DNA of 64,000 bases, taken from assembly GCA_963717505.1 (NCBI GenBank), contig OY970342.1, positions 4,000,001 through 4,064,000 on the forward strand, in the 5' to 3' direction. The stretch's first letter is position 1, and each line of letters begins with the position of its first letter. The translations under genes were made by a program, and so were the position numbers. Source of the DNA: Candidatus Eiseniibacteriota bacterium (GTDB lineage: Bacteria; Eisenbacteria; RBG-16-71-46). Under the pieces are notes generated by a model. It saw nothing but the letters and a program-made list of their open reading frames with translations, made no database searches and was not told the origin of the DNA. Positions 54,730-63,107 of this stretch are shown in pieces.

Positions 54730-56042
54730 GTCTCCCCCAGGTCCACGCCGAGCAGGTGGCCGAGCTTGTCGCGTTTGGTCGACAGGTAGCGCCGATTGTG
54801 CCGCCCCGCGGGAATGCGGATCGGCCGCCGCTTGCGGATCGACAGTCCGTAGGCGCCAAGCCCCACGATCTTGCGCGGGTTGTTGGTGAGCAGGTCGATG
54901 GTGCGGACCCCGAGGTCGGTCAGGATCTGGGCGCCGATGCCATAATCCCTCAAATCCGCCGGAAATCCGAGTTTCACATTGGCCTCGACCGTGTCGTAGC
55001 CGCGGTCCTGGAGCGCGTAGGCACGCAGCTTGTTCGCGAGCCCGATACCGCGGCCCTCCTGGCGAAGGTAGAGGAACACGCCGCCTTCTTTGGAGATCAT
55101 GCGGAGCGCAGCATGCATCTGGGGGCCGCAGTCGCAGCGCTCGGAGCCGAACACGTCCCCGGTCAGGCACTGGGAATGAACGCGCACCAACGTCGGCTGG
55201 GTTGGGCGAATGCGGCCGCTGACCAGCGCCACGTGGTGGTCGCCTTCGTGGACGCTCTCGTACAGATGGAGCTGGAACTTCCCGTAGGGCGTAGGCAGCG
55301 GCACCGTGACCACGCGCCGCACCAGCATCTCGCGGCGGCGGCGATGGGCGATCAGATCGCGGATCGCGAGGATGCCGAGTCCATGATGCCGCGCGAAGCG
55401 CTCGAGCTCGGGCAGGCGCATCATGCGACCGTCGTCGCTCAGGATCTCGCACAGGGCGCCGACCGGGCGCAGGCCCGCGAGCCGGCACAGATCCGGCACC
55501 GCCTCGGTGTGCCCGGCGCGGCGCAGCACGCCGCCCGGTACCGCGCGCAAGGGGAACACGTGGCCGGGCCGGTCGAGGTCTTCGCTCCGGGTCTTGGGCG
55601 AGGCGAGCGCCTTGAGCGTTCTCGTGCGGTCGAACACCGAAGTGCCGGTGGTGGTGCCGCGGCGCACGTCCACCGATTCGGTGAACGGCGTGCCGAACCG
55701 TGCGGTGTTGCGCGACACCATGAGGTTCAACTCGAGCCGGTCGGCGATTTCGGGCTCCATCGGCGCGCACAGGATGCCGCGGCCGTGCTTGACCGCGAAA
55801 TTGACCTGCGCCGGCGTCGCCTTCTCGGCGGCGAACACCACATCGCCCTCGTTCTCACGCTCGGCGTCGTCGACCACGATCAGCATCTTGCCGGCGCGAA
55901 TCCGGCGCACGCCTTCCTCGACGGTGACGAACGCGCCCGAGCGCCGAGGCGTCCGCAGAGGACCATTGCGGCTCGGACGGCGCGCCGCGCGACTACTCGT
56001 CCGACCGGCCGCGCGCACGCGGCGGCCACGGGTCGGGCTCAT
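54726..56042 (-). CDS. ribBA: Bifunctional DHBP synthase / GTP cyclohydrolase II
   Basis: [54 protein letters not shown]; true start may be downstream of 56042. Confidence 0.96.
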   Translation of the reverse strand: MSPTRGRRVRAAGRTSSRAARRPSRNGPLRTPRRSGAFVTVEEGVRRIRAGKMLIVVDDAERENEGDVVFAAEKATPAQVNFAVKHGRGILCAPMEPEIADRLELNLMVSRNTARFGTPFTESVDVRRGTTTGTSVFDRTRTLKALASPKTRSEDLDRPGHVFPLRAVPGGVLRRAGHTEAVPDLCRLAGLRPVGALCEILSDDGRMMRLPELERFARHHGLGILAIRDLIAHRRRREMLVRRVVTVPLPTPYGKFQLHLYESVHEGDHHVALVSGRIRPTQPTLVRVHSQCLTGDVFGSERCDCGPQMHAALRMISKEGGVFLYLRQEGRGIGLANKLRAYALQDRGYDTVEANVKLGFPADLRDYGIGAQILTDLGVRTIDLLTNNPRKIVGLGAYGLSIRKRRPIRIPAGRHNRRYLSTKRDKLGHLLGVDLGET

Positions 56043-56638
56043 GTCCGCCCTCCGCTCACGGCCATCAGGCGCGCGACGTAGCGCGCGACCAGATCGACCT
56101 CGAGGTTGACGCGCGTGCTCGCGCGATAGCCTCCGGCCACCGTCCGGTCCAGGGTGTGCGGAATCAACGCGACTTCGAACGATTCGCGGTCCGCGCGGGT
56201 GACAGTGAGACTCGTGCCGTCCACGGCAATCGATCCTTTCTCAGCGACGTAGGGCGCCAGACTTTCGGGCATCGTGAACGCGACCCGGCGCGACCCGCCT
56301 TCCTCGGTGATCGTGCGCACCGTGCCGACGCCGTCGACGTGACCCTGCACCAGGTGCCCGTCGAGGCGCCCGTCGAGGCGCATCGCCCGTTCCAGATTCA
56401 CGCGGTCCCCGGCCGAGAGGTCGCCCGCGGTCGAGCGCTCGAGGGTTTCGCTTACGACGTCGACCTCGAACCCAGCAGGAGTACTCGCGACGACCGTGAG
56501 GCAGCAGCCGTTGACCGCAACGCTGTCACCGACCGCCGGCGGGTGGGCGAACGACACCTCGACGCTCAGCCTGCGGCCCGCGGGCGTATCCTCGCGGCGG
56601 CCGACGCGGCCCACAGCTTCCACGATCCCGGTGAACAT
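56039..56638 (-). CDS. ribE: Riboflavin synthase
   Basis: [42 protein letters not shown]. Confidence 0.96.
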   Translation of the reverse strand: MFTGIVEAVGRVGRREDTPAGRRLSVEVSFAHPPAVGDSVAVNGCCLTVVASTPAGFEVDVVSETLERSTAGDLSAGDRVNLERAMRLDGRLDGHLVQGHVDGVGTVRTITEEGGSRRVAFTMPESLAPYVAEKGSIAVDGTSLTVTRADRESFEVALIPHTLDRTVAGGYRASTRVNLEVDLVARYVARLMAVSGGRT

Positions 56639-56640
56639 GC

Positions 56641-57756
56641 TCAGCCCCCCGCGCCCGCGAATTCGACGACGATCATCGCGTCGTCGCCGGCGATGTCGGC
56701 CGCGACGATGCGCCCGGCGCGCGCCCGGGCGAGCGGCACTCCGGGCAGGTTGCGGCACCACGACAGACCATCGTCACCGATCACTCGCGCCGCGACGAAC
56801 AGCATCATGCGATCCACGCGCCCGGCCCGCATCCACGAGCCGCCGAGGTCGGGGCCCGACTCGAGCAGCACGTCGTGGCAGCCTTCCCGCGCCAGGCGAC
56901 TCGCCAGCGCTCGCGGCGACACGCCGCGGCGATCGGCGGGCAAGCGCCACACCTGCACTCCCCGGCGTTCGAGGGCTTCGGCGCGGGCTCTCGGCGCCCT
57001 CGGTCCACACGCGACCACCGTGCCACGCCCCAGGCCCCGGCCGAAGAGTCGCAGCGAAGTCGGCAGCGAGAGTCGCGTATCGCACACGACGCGCAGCGGT
57101 GCGACTCGGCCGCGCCCGACACCGCGCGCCGTGAGCCGCGGATCGTCGGCGCGCGCGGTGCCGGCGCCGATGACGATCGCGTCCATGCTGCTACGCAGGC
57201 GATGTACGCGCCGGCGCGCCACCGGCCCGGTGATCCAGCGCGAGCGGCCGGCCCGATCGGCGACCTTGCCGTCGAGTGTCGCCGCGAGCTTCCAGGTCAC
57301 GCGTGGCCGGCCCTCGGTGTGCGCGAGCCAGTAGGCGGCGAGCTGGGCGCGCGCTTCGGCTGCGAGCACCCCGGTTTCGACGCGCACGCCGGCGCGCGCG
57401 AGGGACCTCAGTCCGCGGCCATTCACGATCCGGTGCGGATCGCGCGTCGCGACCACGCAGCGGCGAATACCCGCGTGGACGATGGCATCGACGCACGGCG
57501 GTGTCCGGCCGTGATGCGCGCAGGGTTCGAGCGTCACGTAGAGCGTGGCGCCGCGCGCCCGCACCCCGGCCCGGCTCAGTGCCGCGACCTCGGCGTGGGG
57601 CGCCCCCGCGGCCCGGTGCCAACCCGAGCCGACGACGCGCCCGCCGCGCACAACGACCGCGCCGACCATCGGGTTCGGCCGGGTGCGCCCGCGCCCGCGC
57701 TCGGCCAGGCGCAGCGCCATGCGCATGAAGTGCTCGTCCTGTTCTCGTCGCGTCAA
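56641..57756 (-). CDS. ribD: Bifunctional deaminase/reductase RibD
   Basis: PNPMVGAV, HAE, TLEPCAHHGRTPPC, TLDGK, SRWITG, DDPRLT; TTG start inferred. Confidence 0.95.
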   Translation of the reverse strand: MTRREQDEHFMRMALRLAERGRGRTRPNPMVGAVVVRGGRVVGSGWHRAAGAPHAEVAALSRAGVRARGATLYVTLEPCAHHGRTPPCVDAIVHAGIRRCVVATRDPHRIVNGRGLRSLARAGVRVETGVLAAEARAQLAAYWLAHTEGRPRVTWKLAATLDGKVADRAGRSRWITGPVARRRVHRLRSSMDAIVIGAGTARADDPRLTARGVGRGRVAPLRVVCDTRLSLPTSLRLFGRGLGRGTVVACGPRAPRARAEALERRGVQVWRLPADRRGVSPRALASRLAREGCHDVLLESGPDLGGSWMRAGRVDRMMLFVAARVIGDDGLSWCRNLPGVPLARARAGRIVAADIAGDDAMIVVEFAGAGG

Positions 57757-57819
57757 TCGGGTCTCGGCTCGGTGCGAGTGCGCGGCACGGGCCGACCGTC
57801 GGCTCCGCGCCGGGGCCAA

Positions 57820-57848
57820 GAAAAAAGCCCCGCGGATTCCCGCGGGGC
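57820..57848 (-). terminator. Intrinsic terminator of the riboswitch expression platform
   Basis: Minus strand GCCCCGCGG-GAAT-CCGCGGGGC followed by TTTTTTC. Confidence 0.85.
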
Positions 57849-57892
57849 GAAATACGGCAGCGGCGGAACGCACCACGCGCCCGCGGCTTCCC

Positions 57893-58038
57893 CCTTCTTC
57901 CATCCCGACTGTAACGGTCGGCTCCGGAATCTCACCGGATCTGCGATCGGCCCCGCGCCGGGATGATCCGGCTGCGAACTGGGCCGCCCGCTCGCGGGCT
58001 CTACCGCCGGTGGGGACTTGTCACCCCGCCCCGAAGGA
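57893..58038 (-). ncRNA. FMN (RFN) riboswitch
   Basis: CTTCGGGGCGGGGTG..AAGTCCCCACCGGCGGT..AGCCCGCGAGC...AGATCCGGTGAGATTCCGGAGCCGACCGTTACAGTCGGGATGGAAGAAG upstream of ribD. Confidence 0.96.
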
Positions 58039-58109
58039 GTTCGAGCGAAGGAGGTTAGGGGCCGGGTAGGCGAGGTGTCAAAGAGACCCCTCGGGGAAGC
58101 GAGAACCCG

Positions 58110-58700
58110 CTAGTAGTGGATCGCGAGCCGCGCGCTCGCCACCGTCCAGTCCTCTTCCTCGAGGAACAGGTGGCGCACTCCGATCTCGACACCGGCGCGC
58201 ACCGGTGGCCCGGGTTTGGGCATGAGCGTGACGTCGAACGCCAGGCCGGGCGCGATCTCCTCGACCGCAAGGCCGGTGAACGCGAGCCCTCCCCCTGACG
58301 TGGACAGTTCGGCGCGCGCAGCACCCAGCGTCGGCCCGAACGAGATGCGTGCGATCGGTCCGCGCCAGGCGGGCTCCAAGTGAGCCAAGAGCGTGGCTTC
58401 GAACATGCTGTAGTCCAGGTTGGCGACCGCGCTGCCCTCCTCGATCGTCTGGCTGCCCAGGAACGCGAAGCCGAGGTCGACCCCGATCCGCAGCTGCTTG
58501 CGCATCGGGTAGCTGAGCCCCGCGGTGAAGCTGATGTTGCCGCCGGGCGAACCGGGCAACGTGTCGGAGACGAACAGCGTCGAGAAGCCGATCGAGACGT
58601 GGCCGTCGAGCAGGTTCGCGAGTTCCGCACGCCCGGTACTCGCGCCCGCGACCGACGCCACCAGGACCGCGCCGATCAGCAATACGCGGGGGCTAGGCAT
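58110..58700 (-). CDS. Outer-membrane beta-barrel protein
   Basis: Signal peptide, alternating beta-strand pattern, C-terminal ARLAIHY. Confidence 0.65.
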   Translation of the reverse strand: MPSPRVLLIGAVLVASVAGASTGRAELANLLDGHVSIGFSTLFVSDTLPGSPGGNISFTAGLSYPMRKQLRIGVDLGFAFLGSQTIEEGSAVANLDYSMFEATLLAHLEPAWRGPIARISFGPTLGAARAELSTSGGGLAFTGLAVEEIAPGLAFDVTLMPKPGPPVRAGVEIGVRHLFLEEEDWTVASARLAIHY

Positions 58701-59718
58701 TGAAGCGAATCTCCATGCAGTCGCCATCCTTCACACGATACTCCTTGCCTTCGAGCCTCAGGGCCCCGGCGGCGCGGGCCGCGGGTGTCCCCCCGAGCGT
58801 CACCAGGCGCTCCCACTCGACCACTTCCGCGCGAATGAACCCGCGCGCCAGGTCCGAGTGGATCTCCCCCGCGGCATCCACGGCGCTCTCGCCGTCACGG
58901 ATCGTCCACGCGCGCACTTCGTCGGGTCCGACCGTGAAGAACGAAATGAGCCCCAGACGCTCGTAGCACGCGCGAATCAGGAGCGTCAGGCCGTCCTCCT
59001 CGATGCCCAGCTCGGCGCGAAACGCCGGGCGCTCGGCCGGCGGCAGCGCTACGATCTCGCGCTCGAGGTGGGCGCGCAACGTCACCGCCGCGACTCCCGG
59101 AGGCGGCGCCGGCGTGGCCACCGGCCCGTCGCCCACGTTGTACACCGCCAGCAGCGGTTTGAGCGAGAGCATCTGGAATCCGCGCAGGATCTTGGTCTGC
59201 TCGGCATCGAACGACTCGCCGCGCAACGGCCGCTCGGCCTCGAGCGCTTCGCGGCAGCGAGCCAGCAGCGTGTGCTCGCGCTCGCCCTGCTTCTTGCCGA
59301 CCTTGAGCTCCTTGGCGATCCGCTCCATTCGATTCTCGACGATCCCGAGGTCGTTCAGGATCAGGTCGGCGGTGACCGAGCGCAGGTCGCGGTCGGGATC
59401 GGGCGGGCCGGTCGCCAAAGGGCTCTCGAAAGCGCGGACCACGACCATCAGCATGTCGCAGTTACGCACGCTGGCGAACGGGTCGGTGCCGCGGGCGCGT
59501 CCGGACGCGGCCCCGGCGCTGTCGACGAACTGAATCTGCGTGTGCGTGGTCTTCTTCGGCTGGTAGAGCTGCGACAGCCGGTCGACGCGGTCGTCGGGCA
59601 CCCGCACCATGCCGACCTGGTCGCGCGCGCCGGGAGCGACGGCGGCACCCTGCATGAGGATCTCGAAGACCGTGGTCTTGCCCGCCCCGGGCAGACCAAT
59701 GATGCCCACCTGCTTCAA
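58693..59718 (-). CDS. ychF: YchF/Obg-family ATPase
   Basis: GIIGLPGAGKTT, VPDDRVDRL, LGLISFFTVGPDEVRAW, AAGEIHSDLARGFIRAEV, LEGKEYRVKDGD. Confidence 0.92.
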   Translation of the reverse strand: MKQVGIIGLPGAGKTTVFEILMQGAAVAPGARDQVGMVRVPDDRVDRLSQLYQPKKTTHTQIQFVDSAGAASGRARGTDPFASVRNCDMLMVVVRAFESPLATGPPDPDRDLRSVTADLILNDLGIVENRMERIAKELKVGKKQGEREHTLLARCREALEAERPLRGESFDAEQTKILRGFQMLSLKPLLAVYNVGDGPVATPAPPPGVAAVTLRAHLEREIVALPPAERPAFRAELGIEEDGLTLLIRACYERLGLISFFTVGPDEVRAWTIRDGESAVDAAGEIHSDLARGFIRAEVVEWERLVTLGGTPAARAAGALRLEGKEYRVKDGDCMEIRFNA

Positions 59719-59741
59719 CCGCGCTCCCCCCGAACATGCGA

Positions 59742-59815
59742 TCGCCCGCAGAGGTTGTCTCTGCGGGCGACGTCGATTCGCACCGAGTCTAGGATCGGCG
59801 CTCGCGCGGTGTCAA
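59742..59815 (-). promoter_or_regulatory. ychF promoter and 5'-UTR hairpin
   Basis: TTGACA (59815-59810)-N18-TAGACT (59791-59786), then a 12-bp stem TCGCCCGCAGAG/CTCTGCGGGCGA before the RBS. Confidence 0.6.
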
Positions 59816-60048
59816 TCCTTCCGGCCGTACTCCCGAGCCAGCGCCGCCTGAAGCTGGCTGCTGACCTTTACCGGCATGGCTACGGGCTCTCCGGCCTGAT
59901 ACAGCATGATCGTCTTGCGCACCGTGTCCACTTGGATCCGGCAGTCACGACACCGGTCGAGATGTTCCTCGATTGTTCGGCACAGATCCTCGCGCGCGTC
60001 CTCGTCGAGGAAATCCGCCAGCTGTTCGAGCACTTCGCTGCATTCCAC
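59812..60048 (-). CDS. zf-HC2 (ZAS) anti-sigma factor-like small protein
   Basis: VECSEVLEQLADFLD...IEEHLDRCRDC (C-x-HxxxCxxC); 78 aa, soluble; GGAG RBS. Confidence 0.85.
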   Translation of the reverse strand: MECSEVLEQLADFLDEDAREDLCRTIEEHLDRCRDCRIQVDTVRKTIMLYQAGEPVAMPVKVSSQLQAALAREYGRKD

Positions 60049-60274
60049 CGTCAGGGCACTCCGGTTTGCGACCGGGGGGAGTCTAGTGCAGCCACGTTCA
60101 CAACGATCCCCACCGGCAGTCGGAGCCAAAAAGCACCCCGGGCGGGATCGAGCCGCCGGACTGCGGTTTTTCCGGCGTCCAGGGCTCTCAGATGCCGGGA
60201 CCCTCGTGGCAGATTTACAACGAGTTGACTGCCCCCCAAGATTTTTCCCATTCGGAGCCCCTGCGGGGGGTGGC

Positions 60275-60350
60275 TGGTGACCCGTGCTGGGATCGAACCA
60301 GCGACACCCTGCTTAAAAGGCAGGTGCTCTACCGACTGAGCTAACGGGTC
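60275..60350 (-). tRNA. tRNA-Lys (UUU)
   Basis: GACCCGTTAGCTCAGTCGGTAGAGCACCTGCCTTTTAAGCAGGGTGTCGCTGGTTCGATCCCAGCACGGGTCACCA; 76 nt, encoded CCA. Confidence 0.97.
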
Positions 60351-60429
60351 ACCTTGCACATTCGGGCAAACAACGATCGGCGTTGCGGAACGCCAGAACC
60401 AAGGGGCCGGGTCTTCTTCCGGGTCGTCA

Positions 60430-61695
60430 TCAACGGTGGATCTCGGCATCTCGCTCGGCCCCGACTGAAACCCTCGTGATCCTAACCCCCACCTCGCGTT
60501 CCACCCACTCGAGGTAGTTGCGGGCCGGTTCGGGAAGGTCACCCCACGTGCGAACGGCTCGGGTCGAGGTCCGCCAACCGGCAAACGTACGCCAGACCGG
60601 GGCGCAGAGCTCCAGTTCGTTTGCACGGGCTGGAAACGATTTTAGGATGCGACCGTCTCGGTCGTAGTGCTCGACCGCGCGGATCTCGTCGAACTCGTCG
60701 AGGACGTCGAGCTTGGTCACCACCAACTCATCGAGCCCGTTGATGCGCGCGGCATAGCGCAGCGCCGGGACGTCGAGCCAACCGCAACGACGCGGCCGTC
60801 CGGTGGTCGCGCCATACTCCTCCCCGGCCTCGCGCAGACGAGCCGCCTCGGCCTCCGGCATTTCGCTCGGAAACGGTCCGTTGCCGACGCGCGTCGCGTA
60901 CGCCTTGCTCACACCGATCACTCGATCGACCGCGGTCGGGCCGATGCCGACCCCGAGCGGCCCCCCCGCGGCACTCGCCGGCGACGAAGTCACGAACGGA
61001 TAGGTGCCGTGGTCGAGGTCGAGCAGCGTCCCCTGGGCGCCTTCGAGCAGCACGTTGCGTCCGGAGACCAAGGCCTGGTGGATCTCCTCCGACACGTCGC
61101 ACAGCATCGGCTCGATCCACTTCGCATGCGGCTCCAGCTCGCGATGGACCGACTCGCCGCTGAGCGCCGACAGTTCGGCGGTGGGAAACTCGCGGCGCAG
61201 GCGCGCGAGATTCCGGTCGACGGCGGCCACGAACGCGGCCCGATCGAAGAGATCCGCGAGGCGCAAGCCGACTCGTGCCGCCTTGTCGCGATAGGCGTAG
61301 CCGATCCCGCGCCCGGTGGTGCCGATCGCACCCGGTTCGCTTTCCGAGGTGGCTTCGACGGCGCGGTGGTGCGGCAGGATCAGATGCGCCGAGGGACTGA
61401 CACCGAGCCGACCGCGAATGTCGACGCCGCGCGCTTCGAGTCGTTCGACTTCTTCGCGCAGCCGGGCCAGATCGATGACCACGCCGTTCCCGATCAGGTT
61501 TCGGGTGCCCGCGTGGAGAATCCCGGAGGGAACGAGGTGGAGGACGATGGTCTCGCCCCGCCAGATGACGCTGTGGCCGGCGTTCGGGCCCCCCTGGTAG
61601 CGGGCCACGATGTCCGACTTCGCCGACAACGAGTCGACGATCTTGCCCTTGCCCTCGTCACCCCATTGGGCGCCGACCACGACCGTGCACGGCAC
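60430..61695 (-). CDS. purA: Adenylosuccinate synthetase
   Basis: GAQWGDEGKGK, QGGPNAGH, IGTTGRGIG, EGAQG..LDLDHGTYPFVTSS, EYGATTGRPRRCGWLD. Confidence 0.97.
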   Translation of the reverse strand: MPCTVVVGAQWGDEGKGKIVDSLSAKSDIVARYQGGPNAGHSVIWRGETIVLHLVPSGILHAGTRNLIGNGVVIDLARLREEVERLEARGVDIRGRLGVSPSAHLILPHHRAVEATSESEPGAIGTTGRGIGYAYRDKAARVGLRLADLFDRAAFVAAVDRNLARLRREFPTAELSALSGESVHRELEPHAKWIEPMLCDVSEEIHQALVSGRNVLLEGAQGTLLDLDHGTYPFVTSSPASAAGGPLGVGIGPTAVDRVIGVSKAYATRVGNGPFPSEMPEAEAARLREAGEEYGATTGRPRRCGWLDVPALRYAARINGLDELVVTKLDVLDEFDEIRAVEHYDRDGRILKSFPARANELELCAPVWRTFAGWRTSTRAVRTWGDLPEPARNYLEWVEREVGVRITRVSVGAERDAEIHR

Positions 61696-61729
61696 GAAGG
61701 TTCCCTCCCGCGATGTAAAAAGACGCGGG

Positions 61730-61758
61730 ACGCTATCAGATGGGGTCAGGGGGGGCAA
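61730..61758 (-). promoter_or_regulatory. Putative purA sigma70 promoter
   Basis: TTGCCC (61758-61753)-N17-TAGCGT (61735-61730). Confidence 0.5.
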
Positions 61759-61968
61759 AAAGCGATCGCCATAACCGCACGAGCCCGGGGTCACCCCCGG
61801 GCCCGCTTGGGTCTTGGAAGCCCGCGGAAATCCGCGGACCGGCTTCGGTACGCAGCCACGCCTTGCGGCGCAACTTCGCCCGTGGTGCAAGGTCTCGTCG
61901 GTGGCGAGACCTCGCTGAGCCCGCTTCGGCGGCCGAACCTTGGGTCCGGTTCGCTTTCATCGGACACG
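61757..61968 (-). ncRNA. Candidate structured ncRNA, family not recognised
   Basis: Five or more consecutive hairpins with G-U pairs and GNRA loops on the minus strand, complementary ends AAAGCGA/TCGCTTT, terminal U5. Confidence 0.55.
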
Positions 61969-62003
61969 AGTGATTTACCCGTGTCGTTGGGCTGGAGTTC
62001 CCA

Positions 62004-62110
62004 CGAGGTGCCCATTGTTCCAATGGGCACCTCGAGAAAGGGGTCGAGATAAGAATTGGTGCCCCTTCCAATGGGCACCTCGAGAAAAGAGGTCGAGACA
62101 AATATTTTGG
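62004..62110. repeat. Two tandem palindromic REP-like units (~50 bp)
   Basis: 14-bp perfect stem CGAGGTGCCCATTG-ttc-CAATGGGCACCTCG; direct repeat TTCCAATGGGCACCTCGAGAAA..GGTCGAGA at 62018 and 62066. Confidence 0.8.
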
Positions 62111-62161
62111 AACCTGGGGCGAATTGCGTGGTACGCGGAGCCCCCGGCAGGCGCGTCGCGC

Positions 62162-63076
62162 CTATCGTCCGGCCAACAACTCGCTCACCCGGGCGGCGAC
62201 TTCGACCCCGGCGCGATCCTGCGCCTCGCGCGTTGCCGCACCCAGATGCGGCGTGGCAACGACATTGGCAAGACCGAGCAACGGACTCGCCCCGGGCGGT
62301 TCGGTGGCGAACACGTCGAGAGCGGCGCCGCGCAGTCGCCCGGTCGCCAGGGCATCGGCGAGTGCGGCTTCGTCGACGATGCCGCCGCGCGCCGCCTGAA
62401 TCAGCACGCCCTCGGGCTTCATGAGTCCCAGCGAGGCGGCGCCGATCAAGCCCCGGGTCTCGGGCGTCAGCGGCAGGTGGAGCGAAACGTAGTCGCATGC
62501 CGGCAGCAGCTCGTCGAGCTTGCACGATCGCACCCAGCCGAACTCGACGGGCCAGTCGACGACCAGCGGATCGCACGCCCAGACGTCCATCTCGAACGCG
62601 CGCGCACGCAGCGCCACCGCACGACCGATCGAGCCGAATCCGACCAACCCGAGCCGCTTGCCGGCGATCTCGCGGCCCGCGTACTTGGACTTTTCCCAGC
62701 GCCCCTGACGTAGATCGGCGCACGCCGGTCCGATGTGGCGTTCGAGCGCGAGGATCAGCGCGAACACCAGCTCGGCGACCGAGATCGTGTTCGCCGCCGG
62801 CGCGTTGACCACCGCGATGCCGAGACGCTTCGCTTCCTCGACGTCGACATTGTCGAGTCCGGTGCCGGCCCGCGCCACCACTTTGAGGCCGCGCGCGCCG
62901 CGCAGGACCTCGCCGGTCACCTTGGTGGCGCCACGAACGATGAGGCCGGCGCAGCCGTCGAGTGCGGCCACCAGGGCCTCGCCCTGCAGCCCTTTGTGTT
63001 CGACGACCTGGTGCCCGGCGGCGCGCAGCCGATCGAGTGCCGCGGGCGCCAGCGACTCGGCGACCAGGACCTTCAT
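62162..63076 (-). CDS. serA: D-3-phosphoglycerate dehydrogenase-like (short form, no ACT domain)
   Basis: IVRGATKVT, RAGTGLDNVD, NTISVAE, GFGSIG, HLPLTPET, ALDVFATEP, TPHLGAATREAQ. Confidence 0.85.
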   Translation of the reverse strand: MKVLVAESLAPAALDRLRAAGHQVVEHKGLQGEALVAALDGCAGLIVRGATKVTGEVLRGARGLKVVARAGTGLDNVDVEEAKRLGIAVVNAPAANTISVAELVFALILALERHIGPACADLRQGRWEKSKYAGREIAGKRLGLVGFGSIGRAVALRARAFEMDVWACDPLVVDWPVEFGWVRSCKLDELLPACDYVSLHLPLTPETRGLIGAASLGLMKPEGVLIQAARGGIVDEAALADALATGRLRGAALDVFATEPPGASPLLGLANVVATPHLGAATREAQDRAGVEVAARVSELLAGR

Positions 63077-63107
63077 GCGCGTGGGTGCGGCCGGCGTCTC
63101 GAAAGGG

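Noticed and set aside
60275-60350. tRNA-Lys as an integration site
   Set aside because: No integrase, and I saw no duplicated tRNA 3' end in the window.
60051-60626. 191-aa ORF spanning the tRNA
   Set aside because: It overlaps the purA 3' end and the tRNA gene; spurious.
61696-61890. N-terminal extension of PurA in the ORF track
   Set aside because: Homology begins at GTG 61695 with a GGGAGG RBS; the extension runs through the promoter and structured element.
61757-61968. Retron msr-msd, group II intron remnant or c-di-GMP-I riboswitch
   Set aside because: No reverse transcriptase nearby, no convincing domain V, and the GGCGAA-stem lacks the GACGCAAA/CTAA consensus.
62004-62110. Possible CRISPR array
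   Set aside because: Only two imperfect units, ~16-nt separation, no spacer series and no cas genes.
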